Shown here: positions 36,736 to 47,394 of the stretch, one piece after another
Layout: each line of letters starts with the position of its first letter
Position numbering within the stretch: the first letter of the stretch is position 1
Source of the DNA: Fistulifera solaris
Lineage: Eukaryota
Direction of reading: 5' to 3'
Length of the DNA: 64,000 nt
Assembly: GCA_030295235.1 (NCBI GenBank)
Contig: AP026123.1
Coordinates: 682,001 to 746,000, forward strand
Translations under genes and position numbers: made by a program
The notes under the pieces: model-generated
The model's database searches: none
Told to the model about the DNA's origin: nothing
The model's input: the letters and a program-made list of their open reading frames with translations, nothing else

Positions 36736-37765
36736 TTATAAATGGAATTTGCGTCTACTCGTATCCATTTCTTTTCGCTTGTGAAACCATTCATATTCTC
36801 CGTGCAATGTGTCAAAGATTCCTTCCTGAACCCAACGTAATTTGAGCGAGAAACGAGGACCTAGCTCTTGTAGACGAGCTTTCACGGGAGGGCCTTCATC
36901 CTTATTAGCCTCCTTAGACTTCTTCTCTTCCTTTTTCTTTTCATTGAAAATATAACGGTGGTGTCGTACAAAGATGTAATCTCGTTGATTGTGAAAAGTT
37001 ACGACCTGTCTTCCTTGAAACTGAGCTTGATGCGGAAACAGACTGCCCAACAGCCGCCCGACTCGATGCCCTAACCGCGTACCAAATCCGTGTAGATTCA
37101 GTTCTGGGATGTGAGATGTTGCTTTGCCGTGTTTGGGAATGTTCTTGGCGGTCACTACGTTCGATACTTTAAAGAAAGCGGTCGGTCCGGCAAGTCCAGT
37201 ATCGTGGTGTTTCTGCAGATGACTGATAGTGAGACCGTTGCACACTTTGGACTTTGCCGACAAGACTATGAGATGTGTATAATCTCGATTCATGGCAAAC
37301 TGGCAGATTTCCTTGATCGAGTAGGACTGGCGAGGATAAAACTCAAGATTGGGGATCAACATTTGCAGATCCGCAATGAAGTAAAAGACGTTTTGCGACG
37401 GGCGTGGACGTGTAGTAATCAATATCTTTGGCTTGACATCGTCGTCGAAGTAAGGGGCGAATTCATCATCAGCTTCGTCGGCAGCGACTTCGAGATCGTT
37501 TTCAAGGACAGAAGTAGGCTCGACTTCACGTGTGTTGTCGATGGTCTTCGGCACTGGTTTCTGAACATCTTCGCCGAGCTGTTCCTCGCGTATCTTCTTC
37601 TGCTCATCTTTTGCTTTACGTTTCTGCTGTAAATATTTCCCGTACATTTCACTACGCTTGAGTTTGTTGTGAATGTGCGATGGATTTCGGTAGACCAGCG
37701 TTTTGGTTTTCGCCTTGTTGACGGGTTTCTTACCCTTCAACGAGGCATCGGGCTTTCTTCTTCAT
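36736..37765 (-). CDS. RPF1: Ribosome production factor 1 (Brix domain)
   Basis: PKTIDNTRE, PKILITT, GTRLGHRVGR, VTFHNQRDYIFVRHHRY, LQELGPRFSLKLR and RRKFHL. Confidence 0.93.
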
Positions 37766-37972
37766 GATCGCAAGACTGATCACAGGTTTTCTGAAGCGCT
37801 AATAATCAAGTGAATGTGATTTTCAATTACGATGTGTAAATAATTGTCTATGATGAGTGCAATGAAACGCCATCATTGTTATTTTTTTTGTGCGAGATGC
37901 GTTTTTTTTCTTTGCCTCCATGGTTGGTGGCGAAATCTTGCCGGACGACGTACGTGACGCGGGATGCGAACG

Positions 37973-38445
37973 ACTATAGACGCAAAAGTAGCAAAAGTAC
38001 GAGTCACGGTCATTCATTTTGGTCACGAGTCTGAAAGAGGGTCCAGTCTGTCCGTGCGTCCTGAGGCTCATTTTTGATACGCGCTCCGACATGTCGCATT
38101 GGATAAGTACCGCTCCGAGCGCGAGATTACTTGTTATACCTACAACATCTATAATCCTACTTTATAAAGCTAGTGTGCCAAACCGTGATTTTTTTGCGCC
38201 AAAACGCAAGGGTGTTGCCCATGATTTTTGGCCCATTTTTTGCGCCCACTTCATTCGACCGCAACAATCGATTTTGGGACGGAAAATCTTTCATTCCATG
38301 TCATTTCTTTTATGTATCTTACCAATCTCATGCAATATAATGCTAGTACGACGAAAACTACGCGAGAGGCGCTATATTGACTGCTTTAATGATGCATAAT
38401 TGACTCTCTTGCAGTCAATTCAAGTCGACCGAGGCCCGCGAAAGT
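37973..38445 (+). mobile_element. Dispersed ~470-bp non-coding repeat, copy 2
   Basis: Inverted homolog of 3205-3676; both copies begin ACTATAGAC. Confidence 0.75.
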
Positions 38446-39144
38446 GGACAAGTCCGCTTTACGAATGATGCAAGAAGTGTTAACGCTTAGATATCAAGTC
38501 GGTTCGATTCGAAGTGACCGCATGACTTGTGCTGGCGTCAAATGTCAAGCCAATTTTCTTACGTAGTAGTATAGACATTGAGGAGTCGTCCTTATCCACC
38601 TCTCTACCTTCACCCCTACACGCATTCATCGAAACACTGACACAGCATCGCGCACTTTATCCGGCAAATCGCAACTACGTACGATTCTGTTGGGTTTGGT
38701 TCACGATTGCAATGAATCTTTTGTATTTGAGGGGACATAACTTACTATCGCTAGAACACAGACGACCTGATTCAGTCTCTGGGATCAAGGAAAAACTTCT
38801 TCTTTTCCGACTTGCGATGTTTTATCTATTCAAAACCTCACCAGCAATGCAAAGCCCTCTCAAACAATGACCATATTATCTGCATCGACTTGTATTTCAT
38901 TTTCCGTAACTTCGTTGGGGGTACCGTGTACTGCGTTTGTGGGGGTGCATGTAAACTAATCTCCTTGGCAGCACACACGACAATGTCTGTGAGTTACAGT
39001 CCCTAAGGCTACAAACAAATACAACATCATAACAAATATTCTAACTGTAGTATTACGGATTACAAACATAGATATTGAACGAACACCCAACACTCCACAA
39101 GCTGACGACTCAGATTCAACGAGTCAAAACTTCCTATCCGTTCT

Positions 39145-40510
39145 CTAGATCAGGTATAGTTCGAAGTGGTCCATAACTTCAATCCACGCCAGTAGAGTTG
39201 GCAGCATAAGGATAGTACCCATGGTAACGTTCGCAGCCAGACTAGCTTCGCCAATGTCGAACTGCTTGCCAAGAGAAAATGCCGCAAGTGAAATCGGTAG
39301 GGCGGCCACCAGCACCGCGCTTCGAGCGTACGTATTGGGCAAGTCATAAACATCCACCAATCCGACCATTAACAACGGAATCAAGACGAGCTTCACGAGC
39401 ATCGAACCAGCGAGTTCTAGCCAGCTAATAGAAATCAAGTCTTTTCCTTGCTGATGCATCCAGACACCCATCGAAAAGAGTGATAGAGGAGATACCATAT
39501 CTCCCAACCAGTTGAGTAAAGCGACAAACCATTCGAGACCCTCGACATAGTTTGTATTCGGTTCCTTCTCGTCGTTTAGAGGACGAAGATAAGTCTTTCC
39601 AAATGTGGAAAGCGATATGATGAACCCGATGCAAATTCCCCATAGAACAGGATTTCGAAGGACGCGTCCTGTAACCTGAGCTAGGATATCACGACGAGAT
39701 ACCAGCTCGAGCCAAAGCGCAAGTCGGCTTTTTGGCGTCTCGAACTTTGAATCGGACTCCAATTTGATTTCGGCGTGTTCTTCTTCGAGATGTGTATCTT
39801 CATCGACTTTGTTGATTTCATGTGGTTCAGTGGATTCCTTCTCCGCCGTTGGTGCCTCTTCGTCCGTAACTTCAGGCGAGAGCATCTGACGCTCCAAAAC
39901 TGAAGCTTCTAAGAAAAATAGCTGCAGCGGCAGCTGGAATAGAAAGCTTGAAATACCAGCCATGAGACCAAAAATACAGCCATGGCCGGATCCGGCAGGA
40001 TTGCGGTCAAAATCGGAACTGAGAGACGGTGAGCACAGTCGTCAACAAAGATGCAGCAAGTCATCGAGGCACTTACTTCCGTGAACGATGGTGGATATCC
40101 ATGAAAAATTGAGAAATTGAACCGCCACATCACCGAGGCCTTTGCGTTCGCGGAATACAGCAATCACTAAGAAGAAGCTCAATAGCAAGCTTGCTACCCG
40201 TATCAACAAGAACACTTTAATGAAGTCCCAGACAAAAGCATCGGAGTAGAAGTCTATGCCAACTCCGATACCATTTATCACGAGAGAAGGCAGCGCCACC
40301 CAAAAGACGAATTTGGTGGCATCAACGACGAAGGTGTTGTCAAAGACACCAATCCATGACGAAAGGGCACCCAAAACGACTGTCCCCACAATCTTTCGTC
40401 AGCAAGCGAGCAAAACAATTGAGTGGCAAGGCATGGTAAAGTTACATAACAACTATCTCATGACGTACCTGGATGCCAACGTTAACAACAGAAATGTATT
40501 TGTAAACCAT
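39145..40510 (-). CDS. AEC family (auxin efflux carrier / PIN-PILS-like) membrane transporter, multi-exon
   Basis: KFVFWVALPSLV, central acidic loop, RNPVLWG, SPLSLFSMG, AALPISLAAF and NVTMGTILMLP; TM bundles on both sides of the loop. Confidence 0.82.
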
Positions 40511-41076
40511 GATGGGTTCTTGATTTTTGATTTTATGAGACGTCAACCCATCATTTTTTTTGTGCGTGCAAAAATGAGGAACCGATTCGCGTTTCAGTCG
40601 GGTCGTAGCATTTGTACCAGCAACCTACGTACGGTAAGGAACAAGTATAGCGTTCTCTTGACATCGGTGTCAATAAAAAACAAAAAACCGTAAAAAAGTG
40701 ATGATTCTGTTCTCATTGCATCAATCACGTCAATCACATCTTTCTTTCATAAATAACGCGGATATGTAACATTTCAGTGCCTGCGTTATAAGCCCCTCGA
40801 TCGGAACACGGAAGGCGACATGCATTCATTGTTCCGCAAGTGATGTCATCGTTCGAATGCGAACTCGGCAATCACAGGACATATCATCATTATACTCGAG
40901 GACCGAGGACTCTCTTTATTTACGGAGCACGAATCGAAAATCGAATAATTGAATCCTGTCATTACCTTGAACCGACTCTCCAAGCGAAACCGAACACAAC
41001 CGATAATAGCAGCAAACGCCTCCCACACTCGTCACAAACAATTCAAAATATATTTCGACAAGAAACACCAGCAACC

Positions 41077-42573
41077 ATGAAATCTCTTTTAATAACGGTC
41101 CTGTTGGCCTTCATTTCTCGAGCACTTCCCTTTTCTATTCCTTCGAGAAGGATTCAGACGGCACTCAAGTCAACCACGGCCGAGAATCCGATGGAAACTA
41201 CCGAAAAGATGACGCCCGAAGCGATCGAGTTCCAAAATCGTTTGGCCGACAAGAAAGACGCGCTGTTCATTGCTCAAACTGCACCATCGGTACGAGTCGC
41301 ACTTCCGGAAGAATTCGGTCTGGAGCCAGGTAGGTCGATCGTGTTTCGTCGAGCAAGAGATTATGAAGCAACAATTAATTGTCTCACCGCTAAAAATGCG
41401 AACAGGTTCGCTTCCTTCCGGTATTATGGTATCGGCTTTGAAAGAACTTGGCTTCGACAAAGTCATAGACACCAATACCATGGCCGATTTAACCATTTGC
41501 GAAGAGGCCACGGAACTGTTAAACCGTGTTCTTCTTCGCATCGAACGCAACGGCCAAAACGAAACGCAGTACCCACCGGAAAACGATGCACCACTTCCGC
41601 TTTTCACGTCCTGTTGTCCCGGTTGGATGTTTGGATTACAGAAAATGGCTCCGGATCTAGCACCTTATGTATCCAGCTGTAAGTCTCCTCACATGATGTT
41701 AGGCGCGTTGGTGAAGGAATACAGCAAAGAATGGTATGGTCGCGATGATCCAAGGGATATTTATCTTGGTAAGCAAAAACATAGTCGGACATGTGTGTTG
41801 TCGAATTCTTCATTGAAGTCTCACTCGCGCTCTCGTCACAAAAGTTTCGATTATGCCATGTGTCAAAAAAAAGGCCGGAGAGCGACGAAAAAGTATTCCA
41901 GCATGGAGACGTTCGCGACATCGACAATGTACTGACGACCCGAGATGTCGGACAACTTGTCCGGATGCGCAACATTGATCCGACCAACCTGGAACCGAAA
42001 GAGTTCGACTCCATGTTTCAGTCGGAAGAAGATATGAACAGTCTCGGATCGGGTGCTGGGCAACTGTTTGGCACAACGGGCGGTGTCATGGAAGCGGCGG
42101 TCCGAACTGTATACGCGTGGCTGACTGGAAAACAACTACCTCGTCTAGAACTGACCGAGGTCCGTGGGCTCGAAGCGGTGAAGGAAGCGACCGTGTCTCT
42201 GCTTGACAAGGAGACCGGTAAGGGACTGGACGCCGAGATACGCGTTGCCGTTGTCAATGGATTGGGTAATGCCAAGAAGCTGATCCAAGCGTTGAAGAAT
42301 GGCGAAGTGCAATATGACTTTATCGAAGTCATGGCTTGTCTTGGCGGTTGCATAGGTGGCGGCGGACAACCACGATCAAAAGACAAAGATATTCTGCAGC
42401 GACGCCAAGAAGTCATTTATAAGCTCGACCGCAAACTTCCAATTCGCCAGTCGCACGAGAACCCCACGGTAAAGCATCTCTATGAAAAGTATCTCGGAGA
42501 GATTGGTGGCGAAAAAGCTCATCACCTACTTCACGTCAAGCCTATTTACGGCGGTGGTGACGAGAAGCCATGA
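41077..42573 (+). CDS. hydA: [FeFe]-hydrogenase, H-domain-only, with bipartite plastid-like leader; introns 41330..41405 and 41769..41844, frameshift in A run ~41870
   Basis: TAPSVRV, ADLTICEE, FTSCCPGW, SSCKSPHMM, IMPCVKKRPE, GGVMEAA, EVMACLGGCIGGGGQP and SHENP...AHHLLH. Confidence 0.92.
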
Positions 42574-42633
42574 AAGGGATCACAGTGAAACACTTGTATT
42601 CTTCATAAGGACTATAAATGAAAGCACTCGACT

Positions 42634-43545
42634 TCATCTGTATCGCCTTTGCATCCGTTTTTGTAGGAAAAGTACGCGTGCGCCTCCACCACTCTCCAAT
42701 ATACTTCGTTCGTAGTTAGTTCGGCATGATGCTCGCAAATAGGAATCCGGAGCCAAGGGAATTCCGTCCGACGTTCGCAAAGGCCATTCGAGATCGGAGA
42801 GTTGTATGGGACGCAAACCTCGCGATTGGGCGACTGACAAAAATCCATTTATTTCTCCCTGTACACTAAAACCAGGATGCCCCAGACTGAGATAGAGGAT
42901 AATACCCGTGTTGGGCTTAACGAGACTCGCCATGGCGTCCGCCAACAACGGCCAACTCCCCGGATTGTATGTTAAATCGGAACCGATCACCCAATCCGCT
43001 GATTCTTCAGGAATCGGATCAGTATCATAGCCCCATTGATACGATACAGCCTTAACTACATTCTGCAAATTGTTGCGTTGTATATTTCGCTCCGCCAACT
43101 GTATAACATTGAGGTTCCCATCCGTAGCAAAGACGCGCTTAGCTCCCTGTGTGGCCGCTACTAAACTGGCCAATCCGGTTCCGCATCCCAACTCCACTAC
43201 AGTGGCGTCTCGAAAGGAAAGCAATGGCAAGAGTCGCGTTAAAAGAAGGCTGGAATTCCATACTGCGAGTCCGGTAGCTCCCGGTCCCGAAGCTTGTTGT
43301 TCGATGGACAGAAGGGTCGAGTCGTCGACGGCAATGGTTCGGATGGGCAACGTCATGCAAACATTTTCGTACGCTCCCGGAATGGCACGTTCTTCTGTCA
43401 AAAGGCCATTTTCTTGACACAAAGAGGTGTCATCATTGGTCGATACAATCAATGTGGTTGTAGCAGCCGGCGATTCAAAGAGAAATTGTCGACGACTCGC
43501 CATCAGGCACAGCATCGTCATTTCGACGAATGCCGGAAATAACAT
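42634..43545 (-). CDS. Methyltransf_16 (METTL21-like) lysine methyltransferase
   Basis: TGLAVWNSSLLL, VVELGCGTGLAS, ATDG and IGSDLTY motifs. Confidence 0.85.
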   Translation of the reverse strand: MLFPAFVEMTMLCLMASRRQFLFESPAATTTLIVSTNDDTSLCQENGLLTEERAIPGAYENVCMTLPIRTIAVDDSTLLSIEQQASGPGATGLAVWNSSLLLTRLLPLLSFRDATVVELGCGTGLASLVAATQGAKRVFATDGNLNVIQLAERNIQRNNLQNVVKAVSYQWGYDTDPIPEESADWVIGSDLTYNPGSWPLLADAMASLVKPNTGIILYLSLGHPGFSVQGEINGFLSVAQSRGLRPIQLSDLEWPLRTSDGIPLAPDSYLRASCRTNYERSILESGGGARVLFLQKRMQRRYR

Positions 43546-44152
43546 GTGCACCTTCCTATTGAAGCACGGTCTATTGGTTGAATAAGTACACAACAAACAA
43601 ATCTGTTCGATGCAAGGAATAATGTTTTTGCAATCGACGAAGGAGCAACGCAACCATTTTTCGCTTTAACGCAGTCACAGCATTTCAGAATCTCCGTCTG
43701 CCTAAAGACAATGACAATCTCCTGTACTATAGTTGAAAGTGTGGTCTCATTTTCTTCACGACTGCACTTCAGTCATGAATCGTTTTTCTTTCGAGCTACC
43801 TAGACCTACAATTTCGTCTTCCGTCAAATTTGATGCAAAGAACTTTGGTGCGTCTCTGTGTTATATGAAATGGTAAAGAAATAATAAACTCGTACGACTT
43901 TGGATTAATGTCCATTCAACATGGATGCTTGGCTCATTTTCATTGCGATCACGGCATTGCAGACTTTCCGTCTGCCTCGAAATGCTGGCTCGGATTTTCT
44001 CTTTCAGCGTTCATTCAGCAAAGATACTTCAGACAGAATTTCCGCTTGCTTTATTTATAAAGGCCCGATAAATCAAGCATTTTTGATTACTGCTCTGCTA
44101 TTCTCGAAAGAACAAAACAAGGTAAGAGAGACACAACTCTTCTGCAAATGAA

Positions 44153-46357
44153 ATGAAGCACGTCGCTCTTTTCGTATTACTCATCGTAGTCAATGAGAAA
44201 ATTAAGCAATGTCAACCTTTCGCACCTTTCTTGCCAGCCAAAAGAGCATTGATGACGATACGGCGGAATCAATTCTTAGAAGCCGCACCGGAGACGACTT
44301 CGTCCTTGCACAATGCCAGTATAAATACGAATACAACAAAGAATGACATCATGTGGGAACCTTCGCAAAAATACGTTCAAGAAACACTCATGTACAAATT
44401 CAAGAAACACGTCAATATTCAGGGCGAAGGCTACGAAGAATTGTGGAAATGGTCGATCGAGCACAGCGATGAATTCTGGTCGACTTTGATGGACTTTTTG
44501 AATCTGCAGTACTCCGGATCAAAAATTCCTGTAAAAGAAGGAACGATTTTGCCGGATGTTGAGTATTTTCCGAATGTAAGAGTCAATTTTGCGGAAAATT
44601 TACTGAAACACGGTCATCCCAAGTCACCACTCGCACAATCCGAGGCTTTGGTATCTGTCTCGGAAGCCCGACCGGATATCCGATGGACGTTTGCTCGCTT
44701 ACGGGAAGATGCCAGTCGTGTGCAAAGTGCGCTTGCCAAAATGGGTATTACGGAACATGATGCAGTAGCTGCTTATTTGCCGAACATTGGGGAAACCATC
44801 CTGGCTATGTTGGGAACGACCAGCATCGGAGCCCTGTGGACTTCCACTTCGCCCGATTTCGGCGTACCTGCTGTCGTGGATCGCTTTTCGCAAGTTCTAC
44901 CGAAAGTTTTGTTCACTGCGAACGGCTATGTATCGAAAGGAGAACGCATCTCCATGTTGAACAAAATAGAAGACTTGATGGAGGCGTTACCTTCCATTCA
45001 ACGAGTTGTGATGATCCATCTGCTTGATGAAGAAAGAGAAGAATGGGCGTCAAACTCAAAACTAGCTAGCTCAACAGTGAGTTGGGAGAGCTTTCTCGAG
45101 GAAGGGTCTTGTGATGATGGAAGTGCTCCGGAAAACTATTTTACCCGACTAGCCTTTTCGCATCCGCAATTTGTTCTTTATTCTTCGGGAACGACCGGAT
45201 TGCCGAAAAGTATTGTCCACGGAGCTGGCAATACGCTTTTGCAGCACGCGAAAGAACTCATGTTGCATTCGGATTTGCGACCAAACGACCGGATGTTGTT
45301 CTTTACAACCTGTGGATGGATGATGTGGAATTGGATGATTTCCTCGCTCTACGCCGGCGCCACAGTCGTTTGTTGGGACGGTTTTGCTGCATATCCTCGC
45401 TTATCATCGCCATGGGATTTGGTCGAACGAGAAAAGATTACGCATTTGGGTACTACACCGCGTTATTTGCAAGCTTGTCGCGCTCGTGTCCGCCCGCATC
45501 GTGACAATGATTTATCCAAACTTCGTGTGATCCTTTCAACTGGCTCACCTCTCGCTCCACAAGATTTTGATTATGTTTATAACTATGTACACAAAGACGT
45601 TCTTTTGGCATCCATCTCCGGCGGTACGGATATTTGCTCCTGCTTTGCTCTCGGAAATCCTCTTTGCCAGTGCGAAAAAATGAATTGCAAGCAATCGGGC
45701 TGGGTCTCGATGTTTGTGCTTATGACAGTGACAACCGACAATCGGTTGTGGGCATCAAAGCTGAATTAGTGTGCAAGGCTCCTTTCATCGCAGCTCCTGT
45801 TGGCTTTTTTTGGTGACGATGATCAGAAAAGCAAGTACCGATCGGCCTATTTCCTAGATGAACCAGGAGTCTGGTTTCATGGTGATATGGTAGAAGTCAC
45901 CGGTTCTGTCGGGAAAGCGGGTGGGATGATCATATACGGCCGTTCCGATGCAACGTTAAATCCGGGTGGTGTTCGTATCGGCACATCCGAGGTATACCGT
46001 TTTGTTGAGTCCGTGGAGGCAGTGGTGGATTCGTTGGTCATTGGGGACGTGATAAAGTCCGGCAAGAGGGCCGGAGATGTCCGAGTTGTTTTATTTGTCA
46101 AACTCGAGGATGATCTGGCGCTAACACCCGCAATAGAAGAGAAGATTCGAACCACTGTTCGCACCGGAGCTTCAGAGGCGCATGTTCCTGCTGTTATCCA
46201 ACAGGTGCAGAAGATTCCTTACACCAAATCAGGCAAGAAGATTGAAATCGCAGTGCGCAACTTGTTTGCTGACGGGACTTTACCCAATAATTTGGGCGCG
46301 CTTCTAGATCCTAGTGCCTTTGACGAGTACCTAAGATTGGCGGAAGCGGGTCTGTAA
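44153..46357 (+). CDS. AACS: Acetoacetyl-CoA synthetase with signal peptide/F-motif leader; frameshifts ~45660 and ~45805
   Basis: NFAENLL, YSSGTTGLPKSIVHG, FTTCGWMMWNW, SISGGTDICSCF and GRSDATLNPGGVRIGTSE. Confidence 0.9.
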
Positions 46358-46539
46358 AGTCTCTCTCGTGTGACTCTAGTTTTGTTGAATTTTCCTATAA
46401 GGAAGTATTCGATTTTGCAGTGCACTCAAGTTCAAGTCTAGTTTATGGCGGAACGCGGTGCGGGTGTAGCCGTAATCCATTTACAGTGGTTCAGAATTTC
46501 CGTCTGTCTCAAAATAGGAAGAACCGAATCCACTACCAG

Positions 46540-47042
46540 GTATAGTCCAAAGTGTGGGCTCAACTTATCTACGAGTGCACGTCAGTCATGAATCATTTTT
46601 TCTTTCGAGCAACAATGTTACCGTACCTAAATTTCGTCTTTCGCCAAATTTTCTTGTGCTCAATCTATCGATGTTGCAATGCAATAATCTTTAGCAGCGT
46701 TTTCATTGTCCGCCTTGATAATTTTTCAGTCGAAAAGTCTGTGAACGTTTTCTGTGGTAAGTTACTATAGACCAAAGTGTTGTCTGTAATTCACCACAAC
46801 TGCACTTCAAAAATGAATTAATTCTTTGGAGCGACAATTTTACTTACAAATCGTTCCTTCAGCTAACCTATTGAACTCCATTTGTGGTTGCTGCAATGCA
46901 ATAGTCTTTAGCCTTGTTTGCATTGAAAGTCATTATTTTTACGTTGAAGAGCCTTACGAAACGCATTCCTCCGTATTTACTATAGACCCAAAGTGTTCGT
47001 TCAGGGAGATCACGACTGCATTTCAGTCATGAGTCATGAATC
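46540..47042 (+). repeat. Degenerate tandem of a ~220-bp unit beginning CTATAG..AAAGTGT..GACTGCA..CAGTCATGAA
   Basis: Motif starts at 46540, 46764 and 46979; the first two units share TGCAATGCAATA(A/G)TCTTTAGC. Confidence 0.7.
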
Positions 47043-47394
47043 AGTATTATTTGTCCAAGCCAGATTGTCACCTCACCAACTTTTTCATTTTGCTAAAAAA
47101 GCAATACCTGGTATCCTGAGCCCGAGCAGCATATGCAATGCACGTCTCGCTTGTTGACTGTTGACTGTTGACGTCGAAAACCCTGAAGAGCTGTTAATTC
47201 ACTCTGCGACACTGCACAGCACCACTCACTGCACTGCACTACTAACTGTGGCTTCAAAGTCGTTCGTCCGTCAACCCAAGAAAAGTGAAACGTGTAATTA
47301 CGCGACAAGGGTGATGAAAATAAGGTGTCGAAACTCAAACGAGACGAAAAGCAATGCAAAATCGGAGCTCTCATTACTTACATCAAGTTCCGGC

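Noticed and set aside
41077..42573. Nar1/IOP1 cytosolic Fe-S assembly factor
   Set aside because: It has TSCCPGW and GGVMEAA plus a targeting leader, and lacks the Nar1 N-terminal Cys cluster.
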